DNA from: an uncultured Chloroflexia bacterium
GTDB taxonomy: Bacteria > Chloroflexota > Anaerolineae > Anaerolineales > UBA4823
Direction of reading: 5' to 3'
Assembly: GCA_963822175.1 (NCBI GenBank)
Contig: CAWGGJ010000003.1
Coordinates: forward strand, 582,802-646,801
Length of the DNA stretch: 64,000 bases
In this document: piece after piece, positions 9,895 through 19,810 of the stretch
Layout of the letters: each line of letters opens with the position of its first letter
How positions within the stretch are numbered: position 1 is the stretch's first letter
Made by a program: the position numbers and the translations under genes
The notes under the pieces: generated by a model
Told to the model about the DNA's origin: nothing
What the model saw: only the letters and a program-made list of their open reading frames with translations
Database searches by the model: none

Positions 9895-12800
9895 CTAATT
9901 CTTATCTGGTCCCTGAAGCTGTTGGTAGATGTCCAACAGGTCCTTCCGGATATCGCTAACCTGAGTATACCCCTGGTTCAGCGTCTGTTCCAGAATGCTT
10001 CGAAGCTGGTTAGGTAGGCGTTCGTCGTCGTACGTCCAGTTAACCGGGTAATGGGTGGATGCTTTCTCGATGTCCTCCGGTCGGTTGGGACCCAGCGGTA
10101 GGCTGCCCTGGGCAGGCCGCCCGGTGAATATATGGTGCAGCGCACGCGCACCGAACTGGACCAGGTCAAATTGCTTTTCTGCATCCGACAACCCTTGAGG
10201 CTGGCGCTTGGCAATGTTCCAATCGATCATCGTCACTCCGTGAGTGTTAACGTCCCAATAATAATGCAAGATTTTATGATCACGGTAGACAATATTGCGG
10301 TCGTGAGCAAACTGTAGGATGTCACATATCTGCAAGGATAAGACCAAGCTGTCTCGCACCGTCAGGAACCAGCCGTGGGTATAACTCGCGTCGCAATAAT
10401 GTAGCAGATTGTACTCCGGGCTGCGTCTCACCAACACCAGGTACGGCAGCCATCCAATAGATATCTGTCTATCCATGGTAGCCAGGAAATTTTGAGCTTG
10501 TTCGACACCGTAATGGATCACCTGCCCGTGCAGCTCCTTTGCCGAGGCATGGCTATCGTCGCTGGGTAGGGCCTGCCCATTATCGATCTTCATAAATCCA
10601 CATTCCACCAGGGGTGTAATGCCCGGTACATCGCGCAACATGGTCAGGATCTGGATCTCTTCAATGAATAAGGGGAGAGCATAATCCATCTGGTCCGCTC
10701 GCATGATCTTGAAGGCGAATGACTCGGCCTGCTTACCCCGCTGATGTAGATGCCCGGCAAAGACGCGGGCCGAAGAGCCGCGCGCTTCCGGCATCCAGGT
10801 ATCCAAGGGTTCAGCCAGCACCATGCTCTGGTGAGGTCCAAACCTGCCTTCTACCACTCCTTCAGTGATCGTGGATGGGAATTGCATGTCGCTATCCCTT
10901 TCCACCGTGATGGGACGAGTGTGCGGCAGAGACAAGATCTCGCGCGATTTGTGTTCATTCACCCAGGGAAGCTCGCGCATGATCTCAGGATATTCGATCA
11001 TCAGGTCAGCCGTTCGCTCACCCCTGCGTAAGCATTTGAAAGCCTCCAGCGTCTCATCCAACCATTTCGATGACCCAATCTGGTTGCGCAGGGTGCGTCC
11101 TGCCAGCTCAACCGAGGTTAAATAATCATAAAAAGGTTCATCCTTATCAGCCCCTTTGCGCACGCGTGCCAACCACTGCGGTGCTGCTTGGATCGCCTTC
11201 TCCGCTGTGAGCAGTCGGGTACGGTCTGGGTCCCACACCAGGATCGAGCGCAGTCCACGGCGGGCAAGTTCGAAATCCTTGTGCTCCCAGGCATTTAAAA
11301 CCAGATCGACCTGGGCTTTCGGCTGAGTCAACGATTTTTCAATCTCCTCACGCGCACCTGGTAAAAGGTCTTCGATCGGACCGATCACACTGTCCACCTC
11401 GCTATAATCGATGCCGGAATTCGGTGGGCAGGGTTCGATTTCTTTCCACTTTTTTATCACTTCTTCACGCATGGTAGCAATGAGCTCTTCACTGGCCTGC
11501 CAATGAAAATTCTCCCGTTCTTGACCGTTGTTGCCGATCCCTTCTGCAGCCACACGCAAGCGCCGGTCGCCTTTCTTGGTGACTTCAGCCTGTAGGGTGT
11601 AATAGAGGCGATAGAACATGGTGTAAGGAGATAAAGCCTCTGGCTCAAGACCTAAAGCTACTGTGCGCACCTGCTCGCTGATTCTTCCCCACCAGTCCGG
11701 GCGCGGCTTGTCGCCCAGGTATTCCAACAATTCCCACAGCGCAGCAGTCCAATCCCCAGCCACACCGGCTGCTAGGGAATTCGAGAAAGCAGTTTGGGCT
11801 AGCTCATCTGTATCTGCTGTTTGCCTGGCCACTGCTGCAATTTCGGATAAAAGTTTCCATTTATCAGGAGAGGTGGATGGTAGCCTGGCGGCATTCTCAC
11901 AGACCATTTGAAACTCAGCCAGTCGATTCTCGGAAGCCATTTGAATGGCTGCTTTGGACAGAAAGTTGATCGTACTGACATTATCTGGCACTTCACCATG
12001 CGCTGACAGCTGCAGCTGCAATTCTGCAATTTTTGCCATCTGTTCCAGCCCTGGCCTAGATTGGCTGTGCAGATCCAATTCCTGTTGGCGCAGTAATTTC
12101 AGCTGTTCAGCATCAATTTCATGCAGGTCAGTTAACTTTTCCTTCAGTGGCTGGATGATCTGGCCATAGATGTCTCCACTAGCTTTGCTTTCAGGCCATC
12201 CTAGCCGGGCATACAGGTTTGGATTGGCCTCGGCGATAAAACTACCCATTTCCTGGATAAACTGTCGGAAGTCATCCAGGGCAGTGTAATGGCGGTCTTT
12301 GGTAACCCCATCACTCTCTAGGAATTGACTGTTGCCCCAATCGATCACCGTCAGGCTGACGTTTAAGGGATCCCAATACAGGTGCTCCGGTTTGACATCG
12401 TTCCAGATCACGCCGGAATAGGTATACTGTTCATTACGGATTTCGGTGGTATGGATCGTCTCAAGCAGATTAAGCACGCCCAACAGGATACGGACTAACA
12501 ATGGCTGTGGAAATTCCATAAACTGGGACCATTGTTGGAAAAAGAATGTTGATTCTTGGTCTGTTGGGAGATTCGAGATACTGGCTGGACCGAACCGGAT
12601 GACCTGGCTGAGTAGTTTTAAGTCCAAACCATTAGCCTGTTCAATGATGATAAAGGTTTGCTCGCCCAACCCTTGTTCCAACCCATTCTGATCTATCAGG
12701 GTGGGGATGGTTAGCTGAAGGCTCTGGTTCTGGTACGCAGCTCTTGCCAGCCCGAGTAAGATACTTCCTTCTGTTCTGATCTGGCTTGCCTGGCGTAAGA

Positions 12801-12966
12801 TGTCGCTGAAGAAAGAGCCTCTCCGGGGCCGTTTCAAGATCGCTGGGTGATTATCCACAGAAGACCCAACCTGGTAAACTTCACCTGCATCCCCTTCCCC
12901 TAATTTCTTGACCAGGTTCCATCTTTGTCGCTGTCCCTGGATGGTTTCGTTTAATTCTATTAGCAT
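9895..12966 (-). CDS. Large protein with two eukaryotic-like protein-kinase-fold domains (tandem kinase)
   Basis: 1023 aa with AAGGA upstream of the ATG. Domain 1: LGEGDAGEVYQV (G-loop), AILKRP (Lys), VIWNDVKPEHLYW (catalytic loop), TVIDWGNS (DFG-like). Domain 2: FAFKIMR, EEIQIL, IVYRDHKILHYYW, TMIDWNIAK. Confidence 0.8.
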   Translation of the reverse strand: MLIELNETIQGQRQRWNLVKKLGEGDAGEVYQVGSSVDNHPAILKRPRRGSFFSDILRQASQIRTEGSILLGLARAAYQNQSLQLTIPTLIDQNGLEQGLGEQTFIIIEQANGLDLKLLSQVIRFGPASISNLPTDQESTFFFQQWSQFMEFPQPLLVRILLGVLNLLETIHTTEIRNEQYTYSGVIWNDVKPEHLYWDPLNVSLTVIDWGNSQFLESDGVTKDRHYTALDDFRQFIQEMGSFIAEANPNLYARLGWPESKASGDIYGQIIQPLKEKLTDLHEIDAEQLKLLRQQELDLHSQSRPGLEQMAKIAELQLQLSAHGEVPDNVSTINFLSKAAIQMASENRLAEFQMVCENAARLPSTSPDKWKLLSEIAAVARQTADTDELAQTAFSNSLAAGVAGDWTAALWELLEYLGDKPRPDWWGRISEQVRTVALGLEPEALSPYTMFYRLYYTLQAEVTKKGDRRLRVAAEGIGNNGQERENFHWQASEELIATMREEVIKKWKEIEPCPPNSGIDYSEVDSVIGPIEDLLPGAREEIEKSLTQPKAQVDLVLNAWEHKDFELARRGLRSILVWDPDRTRLLTAEKAIQAAPQWLARVRKGADKDEPFYDYLTSVELAGRTLRNQIGSSKWLDETLEAFKCLRRGERTADLMIEYPEIMRELPWVNEHKSREILSLPHTRPITVERDSDMQFPSTITEGVVEGRFGPHQSMVLAEPLDTWMPEARGSSARVFAGHLHQRGKQAESFAFKIMRADQMDYALPLFIEEIQILTMLRDVPGITPLVECGFMKIDNGQALPSDDSHASAKELHGQVIHYGVEQAQNFLATMDRQISIGWLPYLVLVRRSPEYNLLHYCDASYTHGWFLTVRDSLVLSLQICDILQFAHDRNIVYRDHKILHYYWDVNTHGVTMIDWNIAKRQPQGLSDAEKQFDLVQFGARALHHIFTGRPAQGSLPLGPNRPEDIEKASTHYPVNWTYDDERLPNQLRSILEQTLNQGYTQVSDIRKDLLDIYQQLQGPDKN

Positions 12967-13576
12967 TTTCCTTCATCTCAACCGGGTTTGAGTGTACACC
13001 CATAACCCGGTGTTTATGCCTATCGGCATTATGTTACGAAGTATACAAGAAATAAGTTCAGGAATTATTAGCGGAAAATTAGGGTATTGTTCATTTCTGC
13101 ACAGAATGACAACAAAATGCCTTATAACAGGGCATTTTGTTTTCCCAGGAATATTGTTTTTGATAAATCACCCTCCTGGCTGGGCTGCAAGGTGCCTTCC
13201 CTTGCTTCATCCGCAGGTATGATTCGAGAACCAATGTGCTCAAAACAGAATGGTTATACCGGGATTTCAAAGACTTAATAGACTTTTTTTCTTTTCTTCT
13301 ACCTTTTTATCCATCTCACTAAAGAGGTCGAGGGCTCGAATTCCACCAGGTCATCATAATTATCCCGCACATAGTGGGGTAATTAAATAATAATGTCTAC
13401 ATATACGGGTTTTTGGATTAATGGAGGGGTTGGGTTTTGCCCGAAATGTTTAAAAATCAGATCAAAGGCTGATGGTGAATCTCGTTATTTGCATAAGTGT
13501 AAGCGAAAATTTATTTATGTATCAGAGTATTTGCATAGGTGTATGCTAAGTCCTATGAAAATCATGTAAAATATGT

Positions 13577-13604
13577 TTGACAATCGACGAATATTTGATA
13601 ATTT
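13577..13604 (+). promoter_or_regulatory. Candidate sigma70-type promoter upstream of the DUF11 surface-protein gene
   Basis: Perfect TTGACA at 13577-13582, a 16-nt spacer, then TAATTT (weak -10). Sits ~160 bp upstream of ATG 13760 in an AT-rich intergenic region. Confidence 0.3.
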
Positions 13605-13759
13605 TTATTAGCAAAATTAGGTCTCCAATATGAGAAAAATCTTGCAGCACAGGATAACCTTTCTCCAGTATAAGAGATGAGACCAAAACAACTCTGGATA
13701 ATATATATTATTAATGTCATTATCCATTTAGGTATATTGTAATCAGAAAGGTCTTTTTT

Positions 13760-16555
13760 ATGCATTCACGCAAATGGTTTCGGACCATAATAACCCTGGC
13801 AGTAATCTCACAACTGCTCATATCTTACAGAGCCCCAGCGCAGGCTGCAGCTGTTGAAGAAGTAACAATCGGGCAAGGTTTGAATGTTGACAGACCAATG
13901 CTCTCCCAGCTTCCAGTCATAAACCTGGGAGCAGTTGCTGAATCACTTAGTCCTAAAGGTGGACTAGTGGACGATACCACCTTGTCGGTGAGCATATTGA
14001 GCTCACCCTGGGCGATTCTCGACTCAAACGACCCGGAGGGTTTACATGGACCGGTTCCACAGGTTTTTGTGGTTGAGGGACTGGTGACGAATGTTGGAGC
14101 TTCCCCTGCTACCAATGTCGTCTTTACCCTGGATTACAACGAGGACCCTGCAAATGGTTGGGTGCTGCTGCCAGGAGAAGATCCCGATCGCACGATCGAT
14201 ACCCTTGCTTCAGGTGCAGAATACCATGCATACTGGTTTGCACGCTATGCCTTGGTACCCAACTCTCCCCATCAATATACAATTTCTGCACTTGCAGATA
14301 ATTCACCACTGGTTTCCACATCGGATAATTTCTATGGTAACCCACAACCTGGCTATACAGTTGAGACCATTTCTAACTTGAGTACCGGTAATAGTGGGAT
14401 AGCCGGGATAAGCGCGGATATCATTGTTGGGGTTGAGTTTACCGTAACAGTGACCTACGATCTTGGCACTAATCCGTTTAACTTGGTTTTCAGTCCAGTG
14501 GGCAATACCAATTTTAACCCAGCTGGGTATCGATTTTTATCTTCTTCGGTTCAATTTTATGATGATGCGAGGACATGGCAGGAATCTGTCGCAGATCGGC
14601 TTTTCTTCCCAGTACTGGACACTCGTGCCCAGAATGCACAGGTGACCTTTACCTTCCTCGATTTATTACCTGATAACACATATGTCTGCCCATATGTCGG
14701 GGTCGACTATTCTTCAACCCGAAAATACGACCAATTCTATTGTGATCCAGATCAAGGCACGGTCCTTCCATTGGAGGGAACGCTGATCTTTTCTATGGAT
14801 AAACAAGCCAGTAGCAGTACGATTCAACAAGGAGAAGTCCTGACCTATACGATCTACTATTCCAACACGGGCAGCTTACCCTTGTCTTATGTATGGATAT
14901 GGGATGAAATCAATACCTCCCTCGGCTCGGTGATTACTCCTACAATCAGCCCTCCTCCTGACCCTGCAGAAACCACCACCAGCCGGATAGCATGGTATCT
15001 CAATCATGTCCCTGCCAACGGGCAGCCAGGCAGCTCTGGCATCCTCACATTTTCTCTTCTGGTCGATGGAGCAGGTCAGGATATCGCTGATAATACGCCA
15101 TTAATTAATATCGCGAATTTTGGTATTAACCCAAACAGCTTGCCTCATAATCCGGCGTTATCGGATAGCGTTACGACGATCATCCAAGCGCCGATGATCA
15201 GTGCAAATAAAACTGATGGTGTGAACTTTGCTGAGCCTGGAGATCGCCTTAACTATACACTTCATGCTAGCAACTACGGATCTGTGACGGCTTATGGGGT
15301 GGTGATCACGGATGTTCTTCCCAGCGATATAACTCTAATCGGGACACCAATTCCCGTGCCCGATATCCATAATGGTCAGACACTGGTCTGGACCAACCTG
15401 GGACCGATGCCGCCTGATGGGAATATCACCATTCATATCCCAGTGAGGGTCAATACTAAAACACCGATCGGAACTTTCTTAATCAATAACATGGCTGTAC
15501 AATACTCAAGTCCTGTTGGGCATTTGTACGCCATCCAGACCGCAACTGACACAACCACAGTCACCGCACCGCTATTTACTGTCAGTAAAAGCGCTTCTCC
15601 CGATCCAGTTTTTGCTGGTCAACCTCTCGTTTATACAATTGATTATGCAAACATTGGAACTGCAGCGGCGACAAATACGGTCATCACAGATACCGTACCG
15701 TTAAGCACAACCTATCAATCGTGTGGTGGTGCACCTTGTAGCATAAGCGGTGGGATCGTGACCTGGCAGGTGGGCAGTGTACCTGAAAATTCAATCGGGA
15801 CGGTCAGTTTTACCGTATTGGTGGATGATTCTATACCAAAGGAAAGCGTGATCTACAATAATAATTATGGAATTGTTTCCGACCAGACGTATTTCCTGGC
15901 TGGCGCTCCCGTAACAACACCGGTTATTATGCTTGCTGACTTGGTGATAGATAAATCAAGCACGCCAAATCCGGTAATGGCTGGAGAAATGTTGACTTAC
16001 ACGCTAAATATTAGTAATCAGGGTCCATCAATTTCTGAAAACGTAATCATCACAGACGAATTGCCTTCTACAGTCACTTTCAATAGCGTTATCAGCCAAC
16101 CTCCCTCCTTAACTGGTCCAGTCCAGACGGGGCAGATACTCACCTGGACGACACCAGCATTGTTGTCTGGTGAAAACGGAGCAATCGTCTATACGGTGCT
16201 GGTGGACCCAGATATCATTGATCCGCTAACGAATGTTGCTGTCATTAGCAGTAACACCGCCGATCTGGCTCTGGACAACAATCAAGATATTGAGCATACC
16301 CTGATCAGTTTACCAAATCTGGCGATTGTCTATGGATGGGTGTATGAAGATACGAATGGTACTGGGGTGAAAGACCCAGGTGAGATCGGTATCCCGGATG
16401 TGGTAATCACGTTGGATGGTGGTATAACAGCTACAACCGGGTTGGATGGTTGGTATGATTTCATCACCGATGAAGCGGGAATTCATATTCTAGTGGAATC
16501 GGATCCCGTTGATTTTTTCTCCACGACACCTAATGAGGTGCAAGTTATTTGTTAG
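13760..16555 (+). CDS. Cell-surface protein with DUF11 repeats and SdrD B-like domain (5' part of a frameshifted gene)
   Basis: 931 aa with signal peptide ...LAVISQLLISYRAPAQA. DUF11 motifs: LTYTIYYSNTGSLPL, LNYTLHASNYGSVTAYGVVITDVLP, LVYTIDYANIGTAAATNTVITDTVP, LTYTLNISNQGPSISENVIITDELP. SdrD-like YGWVYEDTNGTGVKDPGEIGIPDVVITLDG. Ends abruptly in ...STTPNEVQVIC. Confidence 0.9.
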   Translation: MHSRKWFRTIITLAVISQLLISYRAPAQAAAVEEVTIGQGLNVDRPMLSQLPVINLGAVAESLSPKGGLVDDTTLSVSILSSPWAILDSNDPEGLHGPVPQVFVVEGLVTNVGASPATNVVFTLDYNEDPANGWVLLPGEDPDRTIDTLASGAEYHAYWFARYALVPNSPHQYTISALADNSPLVSTSDNFYGNPQPGYTVETISNLSTGNSGIAGISADIIVGVEFTVTVTYDLGTNPFNLVFSPVGNTNFNPAGYRFLSSSVQFYDDARTWQESVADRLFFPVLDTRAQNAQVTFTFLDLLPDNTYVCPYVGVDYSSTRKYDQFYCDPDQGTVLPLEGTLIFSMDKQASSSTIQQGEVLTYTIYYSNTGSLPLSYVWIWDEINTSLGSVITPTISPPPDPAETTTSRIAWYLNHVPANGQPGSSGILTFSLLVDGAGQDIADNTPLINIANFGINPNSLPHNPALSDSVTTIIQAPMISANKTDGVNFAEPGDRLNYTLHASNYGSVTAYGVVITDVLPSDITLIGTPIPVPDIHNGQTLVWTNLGPMPPDGNITIHIPVRVNTKTPIGTFLINNMAVQYSSPVGHLYAIQTATDTTTVTAPLFTVSKSASPDPVFAGQPLVYTIDYANIGTAAATNTVITDTVPLSTTYQSCGGAPCSISGGIVTWQVGSVPENSIGTVSFTVLVDDSIPKESVIYNNNYGIVSDQTYFLAGAPVTTPVIMLADLVIDKSSTPNPVMAGEMLTYTLNISNQGPSISENVIITDELPSTVTFNSVISQPPSLTGPVQTGQILTWTTPALLSGENGAIVYTVLVDPDIIDPLTNVAVISSNTADLALDNNQDIEHTLISLPNLAIVYGWVYEDTNGTGVKDPGEIGIPDVVITLDGGITATTGLDGWYDFITDEAGIHILVESDPVDFFSTTPNEVQVIC

Positions 16556-17480
16556 CCTGGGTAATAGCTATCGGGTGGACTATGGTGACTATCCTTTATG
16601 CACCTGCCCTCCAGATAATTTCGAGAACGATGATTCTCAGGCTGAAGCAAAGCCGATCTCAGTCGGACTGTCGGGCATGCAGGAACGTACTTTCTGCGAC
16701 GATGCAACCGACTGGATCACCTTCGCTGCAGAGACTGGTAGAGTATATACAATCACTACCGACTCTTATGGTCAGCGTGCAGATACATTCCTGGCATTGT
16801 ATGATACTAATGGAGAAGATCTTCTGGCTGCCAACGATGATTACCAAGGTGCGCCAGATTATTCATCGCAAATTGTATGGCGCGCTCCAGACTCTGGTGT
16901 TTATTATATCCATGTAAATAACCGGGCTGGTCTGAACTGCTGTCAGACAAATTATCGGATATGGATTGAAGCATCAATCAGCCTGAATTACTTCCTGCCG
17001 ATAATCAACAAGAATTTCCAGAATATATCCGCTGAAATCAATGGCTTTCTGTCAGCGAATCCTGATGGGGTAATCTACCATTTATGCCCTGATACCTATG
17101 AAGTGGATGATACCTGGGAGCAGGGAAGAGCGATTGTCCCAGGCGAGCTGCAGCTGCACTCGTTTGATAGTAACCCGCTAATCTATTCAGCCGATAAGGA
17201 TGTGCTCGGTTTCGATGTGAGTGCCTATGATGAGGTTACGTTCACCGTGGTGACCATCACGAATACTCAGACGCTGCTAGAGCTATTTGACGAGAACGGG
17301 AATTCACTGGATATTACCGGAACTACCCAGATCATTTGGCGAGCACCTGAGGCGGGTCAATACTACCTAAGTGTAAGCCCTATGGAGCAATCTTTTGGCT
17401 GCTCAGATATAGCTGGTTATCAACTACGAATGGAAAGATATACGCCGCCTAAAATCTATCTACCATTAATTAGCCGGTGA
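16509..17480 (+). CDS. Two pre-peptidase C-terminal (PPC)-like domains (3' part of the same frameshifted gene)
   Basis: The +1 frame continues ...VSLGNSYRVDYGD. Two modules follow: CPPDNFENDDSQAEAKPI...ADTFLALYDTNGEDLLAANDDY...VYYIHV and CPDTYEVDDTWEQGRAI...LLELFDENGNSL...QYYLSV. Ends in IYLPLISR. Confidence 0.85.
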   Translation: MIFSPRHLMRCKLFVSLGNSYRVDYGDYPLCTCPPDNFENDDSQAEAKPISVGLSGMQERTFCDDATDWITFAAETGRVYTITTDSYGQRADTFLALYDTNGEDLLAANDDYQGAPDYSSQIVWRAPDSGVYYIHVNNRAGLNCCQTNYRIWIEASISLNYFLPIINKNFQNISAEINGFLSANPDGVIYHLCPDTYEVDDTWEQGRAIVPGELQLHSFDSNPLIYSADKDVLGFDVSAYDEVTFTVVTITNTQTLLELFDENGNSLDITGTTQIIWRAPEAGQYYLSVSPMEQSFGCSDIAGYQLRMERYTPPKIYLPLISR

Positions 17481-17814
17481 GTTGTACATAAAACCCAGGG
17501 GTTTTTATCGACACCAGCCTCTGGGTTAATATTGTCTGCTTGAGGTTCACTTTCTTTGCTATTTAGTTCAAGAAACAAAAAGCCTTCTAGCTCAACCCGG
17601 CAATGCTGTAGGTTCTTAAGCACCTGATTCAACGTTCCAACCCTTCAGTGTTTACTTATCATATAAAAAGGCGAGATATTCCCCCTTGGGTTCAAGTTTG
17701 CATGTCCTTCCTACTGCTGTTGGCAACCACAGAAACGCAGCATGGATATAATGGACATCCTGGATAATTTATTCCCCCAGGATATCCCCTCCTTTCAAAT
17801 GTTATACTTGCCAT

Positions 17815-18513
17815 ATGCAGGTGTGTCACGTCCGCCATCTTGGAATGGTGCCCTATCAGCAAGCCTGGGATTTGCAGGCTCAGCTTGCCGTCCAGGTTGC
17901 AGCTGGAGAAATTCCTCCCACGTTGCTCCTGCTTGAACACCCTCACACCATCACCTTTGGGCGCAGTGGCAAGGCTGCCAACCTGCTATGGAGTGATTCC
18001 GAGCTGAAAGAACGGGGTGTACAGGTGTTTTGGGTGGACCGCGGTGGTGATGTGACCTACCATGGCCCCGGTCAATTCGTGGGATATCCGCTCATCCCCT
18101 TGAACGCCACCGGTTTGGTCCATCCCCCTCAGCACGATGCTGACACCCTTCCCAAAGCTGATTACATTTCTTACCTGCGCCAGCTTGAGCTGGTACTGAT
18201 CCTTACCCTGCAGCAATTTGGGGTCACCGCTCAAACGATCACCGGCCTCACCGGTGTTTGGGTCAACCAGGCCAAGATCGCCGCCATCGGGGTGAAAGTG
18301 GATGCCCACGGCATCACCCGCCATGGATTTGCCCTCAACGTTTCTCCCGACATGACCTATTGGAATAGTATCATCGGCTGTGGGCTGGCTGATTGCGCGG
18401 TCACCAGCATGGCTGAGGTCCTCGCCACACCCCCCTCCATGCATAAGGTCATGCAAGCATTGATCGCTTCTTTTGAGCATATCTTTGAGATGAATTGCCT
18501 CCTGGTTACCTAA
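17815..18513 (+). CDS. lipB: Octanoyltransferase (lipoyl(octanoyl) transferase)
   Basis: 232 aa. Motifs: LLLLEHPHTITFGRSG, RGGDVTYHGPGQFVGYP, KIAAIGVKV, HGFALNV. Confidence 0.92.
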   Translation: MQVCHVRHLGMVPYQQAWDLQAQLAVQVAAGEIPPTLLLLEHPHTITFGRSGKAANLLWSDSELKERGVQVFWVDRGGDVTYHGPGQFVGYPLIPLNATGLVHPPQHDADTLPKADYISYLRQLELVLILTLQQFGVTAQTITGLTGVWVNQAKIAAIGVKVDAHGITRHGFALNVSPDMTYWNSIIGCGLADCAVTSMAEVLATPPSMHKVMQALIASFEHIFEMNCLLVT

Positions 18514-18570
18514 GGTATAATACCCTTGTGTCCAGGGTTAGTCCCGATCATCACAAGTGGAGGGAAATCT

Positions 18571-19584
18571 TTGTCTGACTCGTCCTTGAAAATCGTCATC
18601 CTCATGGCGGGGTATGGCACCCGTTTACGACCACACACCCTCAGCCGTCCCAAGCAGCTGCTTCGCATGGCCGACAGGCTTGTGCTCGATCACCTTCTGG
18701 ATACTTTTTCCACCGTCCCGGCTTCACTCAATCCTGAATATATCTTCGTCATCGGCTATCTGGGCGACCAGATCCGCCAGTATGTCCATCAGGCTCATCC
18801 CAACCTCAAGGTGACCTATGTGGAACAGGCAGAGATGCGTGGCCAGTCCCATGCCATATCCATCACCAGGCAATATCTGCATGGTCCAATTTTGGTAATT
18901 TACGCCGATACGCTCATTGAAACCGATTTCTCCTTCCTGGCTTCTAAGCCATCGGATGCGGTCACCTGGGTAAAGGCCGTTCCTGACCCGCGACGCTTTG
19001 GGGTTGCCAACCTCGGTACAGACGGTTGGGTTACCCACCTCGTCGAGAAACCGCAGGTTGTGGAAAATAACCTTGCCCTGGTTGGCTGTTACTACTTTCC
19101 AGACCCAAAATCGGTCCTTCAAGCCATCGATGAACAGGTGGAGCGCAACCTCAGCCTGAAAAATGAGTTCTACCTGGCAGATGCGGTCAACGTCATGCTG
19201 GAGCACGGGTTGAAGATGCGTGTTCAGGTTGTGGAAACATGGCTTGACGCAGGCACGATCGATGACGTCTTGAGCACCAATCGATATTACCTGGAGCATG
19301 GCTGCAATAACACCCCCCTGGCCATCCGGCGGAAAAATGTCGTCATCCTCCCGCCCGTTTATATCCACCCCGAAGCCGTGGTCGAGAATTCGGTTATCGG
19401 TCCCCATGCTGTCATCGGGGCTGGATGCAAGGTAAATAACAGTATCCTCCGCGATAGCATTATCGATGACGGCTCAGAGGTCACCGATGCGGTCCTGGAG
19501 CATTCTCTCATTGGTCAGCGGGTTCATCTGCAGGGTAAAGCCGGCGTGCTGAATCTCGGCGACCATTCAGTGCTGGGTCTGTGA
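18571..19584 (+). CDS. Sugar-phosphate nucleotidyltransferase with C-terminal left-handed beta-helix
   Basis: Signature KIVILMAGYGTRLRPHTLSRPKQLL (GxGTRxxP). C-terminal hexapeptide-like repeats (VIGPHAVIGAGCKVNNSILRDSIIDDGSEV). The track ORF starts at 18526. I prefer TTG 18571, which has GGAGGG at 18559-18564. Confidence 0.85.
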   Translation: MSDSSLKIVILMAGYGTRLRPHTLSRPKQLLRMADRLVLDHLLDTFSTVPASLNPEYIFVIGYLGDQIRQYVHQAHPNLKVTYVEQAEMRGQSHAISITRQYLHGPILVIYADTLIETDFSFLASKPSDAVTWVKAVPDPRRFGVANLGTDGWVTHLVEKPQVVENNLALVGCYYFPDPKSVLQAIDEQVERNLSLKNEFYLADAVNVMLEHGLKMRVQVVETWLDAGTIDDVLSTNRYYLEHGCNNTPLAIRRKNVVILPPVYIHPEAVVENSVIGPHAVIGAGCKVNNSILRDSIIDDGSEVTDAVLEHSLIGQRVHLQGKAGVLNLGDHSVLGL

Positions 19585-19796
19585 TGGGCGATCGGGTGGA
19601 GGTCCGCTCAGACCATGACTATATCGGCCGTCCGCTGGCATTTGATTTTCAAGGTATGCGCCTGGAGGTAACTGAAGTAATTTCACAAACCCGAAATCCA
19701 GCTGGATATGCGTTTCGGGTGCTTAATGAAAATTTTGGGATTTTCGAGCTCAATTATGATACCCGATCAGACCAATGGTCTGTTAATCAACTTTGA
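19581..19796 (+). CDS. Hypothetical 71-aa protein, translationally coupled to the nucleotidyltransferase
   Basis: Its ATG overlaps the upstream TGA (GTGATG). No family recognised. Confidence 0.5.
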   Translation: MMGDRVEVRSDHDYIGRPLAFDFQGMRLEVTEVISQTRNPAGYAFRVLNENFGIFELNYDTRSDQWSVNQL

Positions 19797-19810
19797 TCTA
19801 AGGAGCGAGC

